Source of the DNA: Eledone cirrhosa
Lineage: Eukaryota
NCBI GenBank assembly: GCA_964016885.1
Contig: OZ024743.1
Span: forward strand, 33,356,001 to 33,420,000
DNA length: 64,000 nucleotides
Direction of reading: 5' to 3'
The notes under the pieces are model-generated. The model saw only the letters and a list, made by a program, of their open reading frames with translations. It searched no databases and was not told the origin of the DNA. The position numbers were made by a program, and so were the translations under genes. The first letter of the stretch is position 1, and the number at the start of each line of letters is the position of its first letter. Shown here piece after piece: positions 39,094-51,618 of this stretch.

Positions 39094-40082
39094 CTAGCAG
39101 CAGTACCCAGCGTTGCCTGGGTAGGTAAACTAATATCTGCTTTGATGAAAAGGTGTTGATCTTAGTGACTGCTTTTCGATGACTCATCTATGGCCACACA
39201 CAGGCCATGCGGGGGAGGGTGGTGATGACCTCTATCACTGAGAAACGCGGGTGACTGACGAAGGGTCATGCTGGGGTAGGGAGGTAATGACCTCTAACAC
39301 TAAGCCAAATTTCCTCACGCTACTTGATTGGAAACGGATGAATTCTCAAATACACAACTAAAAGCTCAGACGGCGTCAGTGGCCATCGTTTTGCCTTTGA
39401 CCATCTATAAGATGTGCAACGATAGGTTCTATCGTAGAAAAGTTGAACCAAATAAATTGATTTATATGTGAGGTGGAGCCGAAGTTTCGAATTTGAACGA
39501 AATCGGTTGAAAAATGTGGAAGCTAGAGCCGAAAAGGTGGTAATTTTGAATATTTAAGCGGCTGCCACGCCGTTCCTGAACAAAAAATCCAAAATGTAAA
39601 GCGACTTTAAGACGTGAAATAATCAGATCTAGCGTAGTATAAAATTTGAACAAAGTAGGTTGATTAATGTGGGAGCTAGAGCCGAAAAAGTGAAAATTTG
39701 AGTTTAAAAGTGGTATTTGCTGAATATTTAAGCGGCTGCCACGCCGTCCTTGAACAACAAATACAAAATATAAAGCCAATACAGGATGTGCAATGATAAA
39801 TTCTATTTTGCTTTAAAATTTGAACGAAATCGGTGGCAAAATGTGGGAGCTAGATACAAAAATCTTATTTTTCGATACCTAAAAAAAGGTGAACCCTCTA
39901 TCGATTTTTATCTGTAGAATGACCCCGGAATAAAAAAAAAAACGATACGCTGATATATAGAAAACACTTCCCGATGACTAATCTATGAGCCTGTAAAGTT
40001 TCATGAAAATCAGTCGTAACATGTAGGCCCCTATAGGTAATACACAGACATACAGACATACTTAATTTTATATATATACAGA
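39094..40082 (-). mobile_element. Non-autonomous Helitron
   Basis: A|TCTGTATATATATAAAA start, cccaggcaacgctggg hairpin then CTAG|T end; internal ~185-bp imperfect tandem repeats at 39410-39860. Confidence 0.75.
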
Positions 40083-40112
40083 TATATATGTGTGTGTGTG
40101 TATATACACACG

Positions 40113-40163
<51 letters not shown>

Positions 40164-40233
40164 TTGTGTGTATGTATATGTATGTATATATATATATATA
40201 TATACATACACACAAACACATAGCCATGTGCCA

Positions 40234-40283
<50 letters not shown>

Positions 40284-40379
40284 ATCTTATATTATTTATA
40301 CTCCAGTCCTACAAATTGTAGAGTGCTACTTATCCGATATTTGCATTGCTTTATTGTGCTACAATAAAACTCACCCCCT

Positions 40380-40443
<64 letters not shown>

Positions 40444-40479
40444 GTGTAGAAATTACAAAACAACGGGAGGAAACATAAT

Positions 40480-40527
40480 ACTACCACTGATGATGTCACA
40501 AGTGTGTGATGAAAGAACTTTGATAGT
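40480..40527 (+). ncRNA. Minimal hammerhead ribozyme (family C)
   Basis: actacca CTGATGA t gtcac..gtgat GAAA gaac TT tgatagt; downstream flank (40643-40698) resembles 29677-29720. Confidence 0.7.
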
Positions 40528-40709
40528 CTATATATTTATATTTTTAACCGTTGGTCAATCAAGGATAAACATTAATTTCCAGCTAAATTAACTATAGGGA
40601 TATAAAATATTCAGAGGCGAAAACCAATCCAAACGAAACAGTGAGTGTGTTTGATTATTTCTGGCAATATTATAACAATATGACCCTCACCAAATTATAT
40701 ACGTATATG

Positions 40710-41265
40710 TGTAGCGAAATCGCTCCACACTTACTGACCCCCAAACGACACGGGGCGGGGCTGCTGTTCTACTTTACCTCGGATCGGCGCCTGTAGTACG
40801 TAGAAAGCGGTCAACTTGGGGTTAAATAAGATAAGATTTTCTGAAAGCCATTCCACTCTCGTTTCTCGGAAGAAGGCCATCACAGGGAGTTGCTGAAGCA
40901 GTAGAGGGATGTAGCACTTAGCTAAACACTCCAACCCAGTCGATAGGGTTAGGCTACTTCTATAAAGGTTAGTTCAATACATTCACGCAAACCAATTCAC
41001 ACAGTTCGTTGTTGTTTTTCTGTTTTTTCAACGTAAGATATTTTCTTTAAATGTTTTATTTGTTCATGTGTGTGTATATACATACATGCATATAAATATT
41101 TACTCGTTGTTAACCCAACAATTTAAATATAACTTTCCATACATGCATATATATATATTTTAACTTATGTTGTAGCTCTAGTTCATTCAACTTCTTTTCA
41201 CGCTTAAATAAACAAACTCAAACCAATCCTTTTTATCGCTACAACCCCAAAACTTATTTGCTACA
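40710..41265 (+). mobile_element. Probable solo LTR
   Basis: TGTAGCGAAAT...ATTTGCTACA inverted termini, flanks TATG/TACG as 4-bp TSD, TATAAA at 40961, AATAAA near 41207. Confidence 0.6.
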
Positions 41266-41317
41266 TACGTTCACGTCGATATATATATATATCGACGTGA
41301 ACGTATGTAGTGAATAT

Positions 41318-41356
<39 letters not shown>

Positions 41357-41739
41357 TAAATTAGCGAGAATCGTATTTCGGCTATTGGAAATTAGCGAAA
41401 AACAACTTTTGAGATGTGTGGCAAGCGCTCCATAGAAGCTAATGAACTAGAGCTACAACATAAGTTAAAATATATATATATGCATGTATGTATATACACA
41501 CACAGTGAGAGAGACACGTGTTGATGAGTACAAGGGCCTCCCCTCACTTTTTCAAACGTCTATATTTTAGTTTTTGTTTATTTGATATAATAAATTCTTT
41601 TTAAGCTTTTTTTTTTTTTATATCTGAACTTCATTTGAATATATAAAATTTAATTAGCGTAAAACTTTACTAATGTGATAGGGTCCGGGAAAGGCACCAT
41701 TAAGCAATTTATGCGCCTTTAAGAATCAACAAATGTTTC

Positions 41740-42150
41740 TTTGTCTCCCTCACATTTTTAAGGCAAACGAGGCTCCTGGACGTGTATGGATATATGGTGG
41801 CTGCCAACTCGTTTTCGAGTACGGCCACGACTTTATATCCATGTAGGAGAACCCTTACCGATGCGCTGAACGAGTGTGACTTTTTTGTCCAGCCAGCGAC
41901 TTGAAAACTCTGGTACAAACACTACTCTTGTGACAATTATTGACACATAGTGCTGGGCCCATTGTACCCTGTGATGACAAGTGCAGAGAGATCTCCAGAT
42001 ATAAAGCAATGCCTGTGCCGTGAAGCTTTTATAGTGAACAAAGGCACTGCACAAAGCCAGTCCCACTCTCTTAACCAAGATGATATTTACCAAAAAGAAC
42101 AACAAGTCAACATCATTGGATACCATCAGGGTTGCAGGTGTTATATCAGA
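41740..42150 (-). mobile_element. Highly degraded RTE-like fragment
   Basis: Minus translation SSRWL..VQRIG..*SRGRTRKR resembles RLRW.GHV.RM..RGRPRKRW. Confidence 0.4.
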
Positions 42151-42349
42151 GTTTTCCTTCTCCTAGAATCCTGCCTTGACAAAGGCTAAGGGTATGGATA
42201 TATATGTGTGTGTGTACACACATACACGCACGTGCGTATATGTACATATATATCACCATGTGGTCGAGTTATTGTTGTGAACATTATTACTGAGGTTTCT
42301 GCTGTTATTGTTCTTTTACTATGCTGTCATTAATAAATACTATTATTAC

Positions 42350-42666
42350 TTGGCAGTGTCGGACGCCATGCTTTGCAGCATAGAGTTACGGCCCTTGCCA
42401 TTCTGAGTTCAAATCCCGCCGAGTTTAACTTTGCCTTTCATCCTTACGGGGTCGATAAAATAAAGTACCAGTAATGCACTGAGCAATTGCTGGCCTTGTG
42501 CCAAAAGTAGAAACAATTATTACAGCATAGTTACGGCCCTTTACGGTCTGAGTTCAAATCCCGCCGAGGTTAACTTTGCCTTTCATCCTTACGGGGTCGA
42601 TAAAATAAAGTACCAGTAATGCACTGAGATAATTGCTGGCCTTGTGTCAAAAGTAGAAACAATTAT
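42350..42666 (+). mobile_element. SINE family 1 with tandem partial duplication
   Basis: Body and tail repeated at 42377-42521 and 42523-42666. Confidence 0.85.
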
Positions 42667-42868
42667 TATTATTATTCAGTTTTGTATTTTGTTTGTGCTG
42701 TTGTTGTTGCTGGTGATTGGACTTGTTGTCTTACAGAAGAACAACCCAAACACGGCGTATATATATATATTGTTATATTTGGGGATGGCCACGTTGCAAA
42801 TATTGCCAATAGAAACACATGCACTATATAATTTTCACTTTATCTTTATTGTTCGTTATTCATTTGTT

Positions 42869-42914
42869 TATCAAAGTTCTTTCGTCACACATACCTGTGA
42901 CCTCTTTAATGATT
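42869..42914 (-). ncRNA. Degenerate family C hammerhead (core TTAAAGA)
   Basis: atca TTAAAGA g gtcac..gtgac GAAA gaac TT tgat; flank 42770-42840 matches family C. Confidence 0.5.
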
Positions 42915-42996
42915 ATCTGTTTTGGGCCTCCTTTTTATTTCTGGTCTTAAACTTCTACTCCACCTTGTCTTTGTTATACATATATACAGAAACGGG

Positions 42997-43031
<35 letters not shown>

Positions 43032-43709
43032 ACAATGAGAGAATTAAAAAGTGACTACTGTTATTGTTGGAGTGCTTTATTTCACAAGACACTTTTCTTC
43101 CTTTGATTTTTTATTGGAGAAAGTAAGAAATTCTGCATATTTCTTATAATATATGTATGTCTGACTTATTTTACCAGTGAACATTCATTTTCCATAGAAT
43201 TTAGTTAGTTTCTAAGGTTTATGAGCCATACATTGGTTATATTCTACAAGACACAAGATATTTGAACAATTCTTTTAATACAATTCTTAGTAATAATTAT
43301 AAAAATACAATCAGATATTTTAAATATCGAATGGCTTTGGAGCTCTACCAGAGTAAAATAGGAATCAAAGAGGTCCATAAGTAAAACAAGGCTGAGAACC
43401 CTTGGTTTAACTGGTCACCTCTGGGATTAAATGATAGGCAAGGCCTATGAGAGGGGGTCCAGTCGGTACTTTGTTCTGGGACCCAAGAGCTAAGAAGCCT
43501 CCACAGCAACCATGCACCATACATTTTGAGAAAAATCTTTGCCAGCTTCGGGCCCCAAAGGGGTCTTTTACCGCCTTGCAAAATTTCTTATGGAGGCCCT
43601 GATGATAGGCGTCCCAGTTTTATCATGTCACCATTTGTACAGTATCAAGAAGTGAGATTTGAACTCAGAATGTACAGAACTGGAACAGATAGCATTATTC
43701 CACCAATCC

Positions 43710-43930
43710 TAAGGGCGGTGGATTGGCAGTATCGGTAGAGGGTCGGACGACATGCTGTGCAGCATAGAGTTACGGCCCTTTATGATCTAAGTTCAAATCC
43801 TCCTGAAGTTAACTTTGCTTTTTATCCTTACAGGTTCGATAAAATAAAGTACCAGTCACGCACTGGGGTCGATTTAATCGATTTTCCCCTCCCCCAAATT
43901 ACTGGCCTTGTGCCTATATAAGAAACCCTT
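43710..43930 (+). mobile_element. SINE family 1, full length
   Basis: A and B boxes, body and tail. Confidence 0.85.
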
Positions 43931-45571
43931 ATTCCACCGATCCATCACACTGATATTATATTTATTAACCCTAAATAAATGAAAAAACAGGGAAGTTGGA
44001 CAAATACCACAAGGTATTTAATCAAATACTCTAATGACTCTGCCAATTTGCAACAATACTGATGGTATTAATTACTATAATTATTATAGATAATATAATT
44101 ATGATTCTTCTTCTCTACCAAGTGCTTCGTTATTTTCCATAACTGCTAAAGTAGATGTGTTTCTAATGGAGACATTATTTACAAGTTGGGAAAATAAACT
44201 AATTAATGTCATATGTTCCATTAGTTTTCATGTGCATTTATTTCCTCTTTAGAAAATTGAAATTCTTGAGGAAATCAATTATACACTGCATATTTTTGTT
44301 GTTTCTTTTTTGGGGGGTTTTTTTCCTGCAACAACTGAAGAATATATCTATAGATTTAAAAAAAATATGTGCCAAAAAGCATATCCACGATGTTGTTAGA
44401 ACATTTAAGGAATATTGCTTAAAGAGATTGGTTTCTTCATTTTCTTCAATTAAAAATCAGCATCACAGGTCATATTAAAATTAAGATTTCTGCATATTTT
44501 CTCTTTTATCAGATCCAGTTTCATTTCTTTCTTTTTCTTTTTCTCTTCCAAATGTTTCTTTCAAAAAAAATTCTTGTTATTGAAAAAAATTCAGGTAACA
44601 AAATAATGGAAAAATGTAGGTAACAACATTAACGGATAAAAGCTTTGTTGAGTTAATGAAGTTAGGTTTTTATCAGGTGTTTATTCTCAATAAAACTGCC
44701 TTGAGATTATAACTTTTTTTGTCAAGGACTGTATATCCATTTAGCTCCAGCCATGCATATTTTACTGCTCTACAGATATCTTATTTAATTAATTCTTCAT
44801 TAAATTTTAATTTCCAACTAATGGTATTAAATTATTTTAACTCTTTCTTCGTTTTTAAAAGGATTATTTATTTTCTTTTTTCGTTGATATCCAATTCGTG
44901 GCATAAATTTTCATAATTATATCAATATTCATTCTGGAAATAGGAAATCTGAAAATTAATTCTTTAGCTAAATGCTTCGTTTTATGTATTATATTATATA
45001 TTCAATATACATATAATATTCTTCTATAGCACAGTTAATATATAATCATTCCACATAATTTACATCTCAGTATATTGTGTTACCATAATTTTCTATGATG
45101 TTAAATGACCTTGTAGCGTACAGTATTATATATATTGTTTAAGCATGGTAAATGGTGTAAGTTTGGCATATTTGCATAAATGTTCCTTAGATTTATACAA
45201 AGCATCCATTAACATTCTCCCTGAATATTTTTTTGAAATTCTTGTCAGTTAAGTGAAGAGAATATAAAATAAGATTCGGGAGGGGGCGTTTACTACTATA
45301 AAATATTTTGACAATGTGAGGGCCTCTACCTGTCTTCTTGACTATCTAGAAATAGTAGTCAAATATCCTTCAAATCATACCTTACTGTCTTAAATAAAAA
45401 GAGAAGGATACACTTAATCCACTCCAGTGTACACTATGCCTGAAAAATAAAAATATAATATGGGATGATCACAACTGGAATGCCTTTGATCAAAGGTCTG
45501 CTAGATGAAGCTTTCCCTGGGGCTAATCAACAACAACAAAATACTGATTGTTCTTTATTATAATCTTATAT

Positions 45572-45692
45572 ATTCTGAGTTCAAATCCCGCTGAGGTTAA
45601 CTTTGCCTTTCATCCTTACGGGGTCGATAAAATAAAGTACCAGTAATGCACTGGGATAATTGCTGGCGTTGTGCCAAAAGTAGAAACAATTA
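45572..45692 (+). mobile_element. SINE family 1, 5'-truncated
   Basis: B box to tail; flanked by the direct repeat TTATAATCTTATATATT. Confidence 0.8.
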
Positions 45693-46654
45693 TAATCTTA
45701 TATATTATTTTAATCAGATTTATTTTATTTTATTTGAGCTCATGGTCCTCTCTACATCCTTTCATATCTGCTTCTTTTGGATTTAGATTGTAGTTACTTA
45801 TGTGTTTTATCTGATTTGTATATAAGAAAAATTATAAAATACTCCCTTATGGGCGGTGCCCCAGCATGGCCTCAGCCAGATGGCTGGAATATGTAAAAGA
45901 GTACACTCTTGATTGAATAAAATGTGAATTGTACTTTTATTCAGAATAAGTTATAACTCTTCTACTTTGTCTCCTAACAACATATTATCTACTAGGGAAT
46001 AACTGGCAAGATTTAATACAGTATAATGTATTTTCTAATCCTTTAACTCCTGGTGAAGACGTAGTCGCATACAGCGTTTCCTGGGCATTTTAAGCCTGGT
46101 GGAGGCCATTACTCTCCAGGTCTGAACACAGCAAATTTTTTCCAGAGAAAGATAGAAGGTGTGAGAAAGAGATAGAGGAAAAATCGACCCCAGTACTACA
46201 CTGGTACTTTTTTATTGACCTCAAAAGGATGAAAGGCAAAGTTGACCTCAGTAGTATTTGAACTCAGAGAACAGAGTGCTGGAACAAATATCGCAAAGCA
46301 TTCTATCCGATGTTCTAATGACTCTGCCAATTTGTCACCTTATCCATTTTATGACTACATTTCTAATTAAAAAATCTCTATTTTATTAATTAATGAAGAA
46401 TTTTAAGGGACTTGCTAAATTTTTTATTTTTTCATTACTAAGATTGTAACTTAATATAAAGTTCTTATATAAAATTATATTGGAAGATTTTACTTTAAAT
46501 TGGAAACCTTTAAAATGGGTGGTTTTATTTCATAGAACTAGGAACCAGTTTTGGCTGGGTTGGCAACTAAAGGGCTATACTAAATTTAGTACGTAATGCA
46601 TCCACATTTTTCTTGATGGTTGTCGGTTGAGTTGTTTGAGATTTCTTGAGAAAG

Positions 46655-46788
46655 TAGTCCCTTTACGATCTGAGTTCAAATCCCACCGAGGTTAACTTTG
46701 CCTTTCATCCTTACGGGGTCGATAAAATAAGATACCAGTAATGCACTGGTATAATTGCTGGCCTTGTGCCAAAAGTAGAAACAATTAT
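46655..46788 (+). mobile_element. SINE family 1, 5'-truncated
   Basis: B box to tail. Confidence 0.8.
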
Positions 46789-47066
46789 ACAGCTAGATAT
46801 CCTTTCTGATGCAATCTTGTCTACAAGTAAGGTATTTCATTCCATTGCACTGGTCTTCACATGTTGAACTACCGAATTGTGGTACATAAACAAATATCTT
46901 CTCTACTTCCCAAGTGATGTAAATGAGAAGACACACACAAACAAACAGTCTCTCTCTCTCTCACACACACATCATCATCATCATTTAGCATCCATTTTCC
47001 TTGCTAGGAAGGATTATATATATATAACCTTTCCTAGCAAGGAATTATATATTTATATATATATAT

Positions 47067-47412
47067 GAAGGCACATGGCTTAGTGGTTAGAGCATTGGCC
47101 TTGCAATCGAAAGGTTGTGAGTTCAATTCTCAGACCGGGTGATGTGTTGTTTCCTTGAGCAAGGCACTTTATTTCACATTGCTCCAGTTTACTCAGCTGT
47201 AGAAATGAGATGATAGGGACTGGGGTCCCTATCATTCCACTGCAAAGTGGTCGTGGAGGTGCCACGGCAAAAAAACACCCAGCACTCACTGTAAATGAGG
47301 TTGGTGTTAGGAAGGGCATCCAGCTGTAGAAATCAAGCCAGAATCAGTTCCCGTCCCACCCTTGCAAGCAGGGAAAAGTGGACGTAAAATGAAATGATGA
47401 TGAAATGATGAT
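47067..47412 (+). mobile_element. SINE family 2, full length (tRNA head, CORE-like domain, RTE-derived tail)
   Basis: A box TGGCTTAGTGG, B box GAGTTCAATTC, CORE-like TGTTTCCTTGAGCAAGGCACTTTA; the 3' ~170 nt match the RTE 3' UTR at 18389-18650. Confidence 0.85.
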
Positions 47413-47899
47413 ATATATATAATAGGCTTCTGTACAGTTTCTGTCAGCCAAATTTCATTCACCAGTCATTAGCCTACCCAATGTTATAGTAAAATACCCT
47501 TCCCAGAATGCCATGCAGTGGGATCAAACCTGAAACCATGTGGTTGTGAAGCAAACTTCTTAACCATACAGATCTGTGTCTTGTGTCTAATAAACATGTC
47601 TGGACAAAATAGGTAAAATTATTTGTTATATAACAGCACATGTTTTTCACATCAATTCATATGTTAATATAAAGAAATATTTATGAAGTAGCATGATAAA
47701 AGACAGAGCTTGCCCATCAGCTACATAAATATCTGTTTTTATGTGTTTTATTTATGACTTTAGAAAATTTATGATAAATTACAGAAATAAAAAGGGCAAA
47801 GAGCCCTGTATTTTCTCTTAGCTTTACTGAAAATATCCATTTGTCAGGAGTACAGGAAATTATTTATAGTTAATCATTTTTTAAATTGAAACCGATCTT

Positions 47900-48700
47900 T
47901 CATCATCATCATCATCCGTTCACTTTCCATGCTGGCATTAGTTAGATGGGTTGTCATGGTCTGAGACCAGAGGGGTCGGAGAAAACTATTTTAGTTACTC
48001 ACACATTCCATATTTAGTAAGTTTCCTACAGCTGGATGCCTTTCGTAAAGACAACCACATTATGTGGTGTACTAGAAACATTTTTGTGTTACCACTACTA
48101 CCACTTTACAGAGAAAATAGGATGTTTTTTTCATGGCACTGACACTATCACTTTATAGGGTTTATTGTGTGCATTTTATTCTTAGCACAAACACTAACTC
48201 TTTACAGAGGGTACTGTGTATATTTTATTGTAGCACCAGCACTAGAGAGTTGTCATATGCTTGTCCACATTGACAGGTCCTCTCAAACCCTGTATTGTCT
48301 TTGATTGCCAACATTATAGCTGCCATACTCTCACTACATTTTGTGTCACAGTGCCTGTATAGGTGAGCAGGTCTTTCATATTATGGTAGATCACCAATCA
48401 ACTTTGTCTTGTGTCATCTCTTTCACAAGGTTCTGTTTCTGGAGGTCATTATTTACAATGCATGTCTTCCTGTATCTCATTCTTCCACAGGTTCTATCCA
48501 CATTATGCACTCAGCACTTTCTTATACAACTCTCACTCTCCATATGCATCACATGACCATACCAGTGCAATTGTCTCTCTTGCATGCTATATTCAATGCT
48601 TCTTATGCTCAGTTCACTTGTGCTCTGTTGTTTATGTACACCAATATTACATATCCAGTATAGCAAGCATGCTTCATTTCTTTTTAGTTATTTCAATGGA
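47900..48700 (-). mobile_element. Old RTE family 1, 3' fragment
   Basis: Minus translation QERQLHWYGHVM; (GAT)n tail at 47900. Confidence 0.7.
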
Positions 48701-50155
48701 GTTTCTCTTGTACACTTTCAATTTGAAATACCTCTCACTTCCGGTTCTCTTGTCACAGAATATTGGCAAACCACTTTCTTGCTAAACAGACCCAATGTTT
48801 CCATTAAAAAAAACCTGTGACATTATTACAATTTAAGTTTTCAGTATTACAATTTAAGTTTTCAGTATTTTTCATCTATCTAATATCTTTGTTCTTATGT
48901 CATCAAATTATCTCACTTGTTTTGGATTCTCAGTGGTCAATATTGTTTTATGACTTCTGTATGAAGAGATGCCAGGAATATGTGAAAAGTGCTTTAGGGT
49001 GTTAGAAATTATTCATATGTAATATTTTATGGTAAAGTATTAAGATGAAGTACTTTCTTGTTTCATCTGGGTTTCATCAAAACTAGTTAAAACTGAAAAA
49101 CGAAATAACTCTCTTCTGTAAGAAAATTTTTAAGATTTCTACACAAAAATGTAATTAGGAAATCGATATTTTAAAGTTATTTTTATCTCATTTGAATCTT
49201 TCCTTTTCATCTTTTTATTAAATCATTCATGAACAATAAATAATTAAATAAAATAAAATAAAGTTTTCCTCCAAGTCATGCTGGTAATTTGAAAATGCAT
49301 TTCTCTAAAACAAGAATTCAGGAATATAAATCTTTGATCATTCTTTTATTTTAAAACCTCTAATGTCCATTAAGTGCTACTTATTAAGCATATGACTGAC
49401 AGAAGTTATCTTTAACTTTAAAAAAAGTTGAAACCTAGTTATAAATGTTATATAAATAGAATAGCCACACAGTCTCCTCTCTTGGGACAAAAATAAATCT
49501 CTTCAGTTGCCTATACATTGTTTTGTTGTTGTTGTTTTTAGATTTATTCACTCAACAAGGATTTTTTTTTTTGTAAATAGAATTTTGGTGCTATTCTTGT
49601 TTCTTTAAATTAGATTGATTCTCAAGCATTTTGGTCAATGATTGTTCCAGCTTGCTGCTTAATAAAGTAATTTGGAAGTACTATTTCTAAATATTTTGTT
49701 TGATGAAATATATTATCAATTTATTTTCATTAGTCAAATGATTATGTTCTGAATTTTAAGCTAAAAAGCATCAATAAACAATACATTATTCAAGGGTTAG
49801 GTATGTTTTGGCACAGCCAATTGGGCACTTGGATGTTTTGGCACCAAGATGTTTTGAAGGGAAAATTTTGTTTTATTCTACATAACAAATAACTTCTACT
49901 ACTTGCTACTACCAAACTACTTAACTGTTCACTCCCTCCCCCTCCTCCCTCTTTCTCACTTTGTTCATGTAGAGTGTGGAGGTGATTGTGTCAGATTCCT
50001 TTTCAATACATTTTAATGTTTCTCTCCTACTCTTCCCCTTGCCTGTCTGTCTATCTACCTATCCCTTTGCATTCTGTCAATGTGTGAATCTGTACTAATA
50101 GTATATGGTTCAATCATTTTTTTCCCTGACCTTTACAAAATTCTTTTTACTGATT

Positions 50156-50227
50156 TTTCCCAAGGTCAATCAATATTACTATTTCCCAAGGTCAATCAAT
50201 ATTACTATTTCCCAAGGTCAATCAATA
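50156..50227. repeat. 26-bp tandem repeat, ~2.8 copies
   Basis: Unit TTTCCCAAGGTCAATCAATATTACTA. Confidence 0.9.
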
Positions 50228-50435
50228 AAACACTACAGGACACTAGAGGTTGATTATGATGATGGTACTTGTCTTACACTCAATAAAACTGCCTTGTATT
50301 GAAGCAGGTATAAGTTATTTGTATATGGTATTGGTTTACAACAGCTTAGAACATGAAGAGCCACTCTCTTACATCTCAGACAGTAAGATTGTATCCATTG
50401 CAGGTGTAGTATTGTGTATTGATGATGATACTTAA

Positions 50436-50822
50436 CCCCTTAGCATTTATATTACTCTATATATACTATTATATTTTAATGGGAATTGGCAGTATCGGTA
50501 GAGGGTCGGACATGCTGTCCAGCATAGTTACGTCCCTTTACGTTCTGAGTTCAAATCCCGCCGAGGTTAACTTTGCCTTTCATCCTTAAAGGGGTTGATA
50601 AAATAAAGTACCAGTAATTTGCTGGCCTTGTGCCAAAAGTAGAAACAATTATATTTTCATGGTAAAAGCTTTATCTCAAATAATATCGAATCTATGAGAT
50701 TTTGAAAGTATTTATTTTGAGAACAATACCTTAACATCAGTTTGAGCGACCAGTTACAGCCAGTTTCAACAGGAAGAGGTAGAAAATTCTGGCTGGTTTT
50801 GGCCGGTTTGAACATTAAAGGG
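50436..50822. mobile_element. TTAA MITE split by a family 1 SINE (50484-50651)
   Basis: TTAA|CCCCTTAGCATTTA ... AACATTAAAGGG|TTAA; halves match 9876-10083. Confidence 0.8.
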
Positions 50823-51449
50823 TTAAAATAAGGGTTGTTTGGAAGGAAGCAGTATTGTCTAGTTGCTAAAGGGTTACTGAGAAAAAGTCGATGAAAATAT
50901 AAATCATTGATTGCAGTCTATAAAACAAGAGAATAAGATTATGATGCAGATAATGTTCAGTGATGAAAAATGGACAAGGATTTAATATAGCCATCAGTTA
51001 GTCTTATAGCATGATTAAACTGATTTCTGTTAGATAAAGCTCATTGGCACGAAATCATGTTTTACCTTGTAAGGAGAAACTAGTGGAGAATGAGATATAG
51101 GAGTGGCTGGAAACTAAAGGCAGCTAGTTGATTCATGTAAAATTATGGTAAAATATATCAAAAGAAGAATTGGAAAGCAGAGAAAGAAAAGAGATCAGAG
51201 GAAGGAAATAATGGGAAAAAAAATTATTATTTCATAAAAAATACTTTTTGTGTTTGTTGATAATATTTCTGCTTCTTCATCAGAGCATTGGGACAAGTTG
51301 TTAATCTTATTATGTGGCATACAATTTAAATAAGTAGTAATTAGAGAAAATAACTAACCTAGAATGTAAAGATGATATGATATGTTATAGTACTGAATAG
51401 TCCAAGTTAACTATATCAATGGTGACCTACAGCACTGGTAACCAAACAA

Positions 51450-51618
51450 ATCTGGCACAAAGCCAGCAATTACCCAGTGCATTACTGGTACTTTATTTTA
51501 TCGACCCTGTAAGGATGAAAGGCAAAGTTAACCTCGGCGGGATTTGGACTCAGAATGGCAAGGGCCGTAACTCTATGCATCAAAGCATGGTGTCCGATCC
51601 TCTGCCGATACTGCCAAT
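51450..51618 (-). mobile_element. SINE family 1
   Basis: Reverse complement of the family sequence. Confidence 0.8.

Noticed and set aside
44150-45250. Possible ancient L1-like LINE relic on minus
   Set aside because: Only faint motif resemblance (TPDKNLTS, LNGYT); too degraded to call without a search
50156-50227. CRISPR-like repeat
   Set aside because: Head-to-tail repeat without spacers, in eukaryotic DNA
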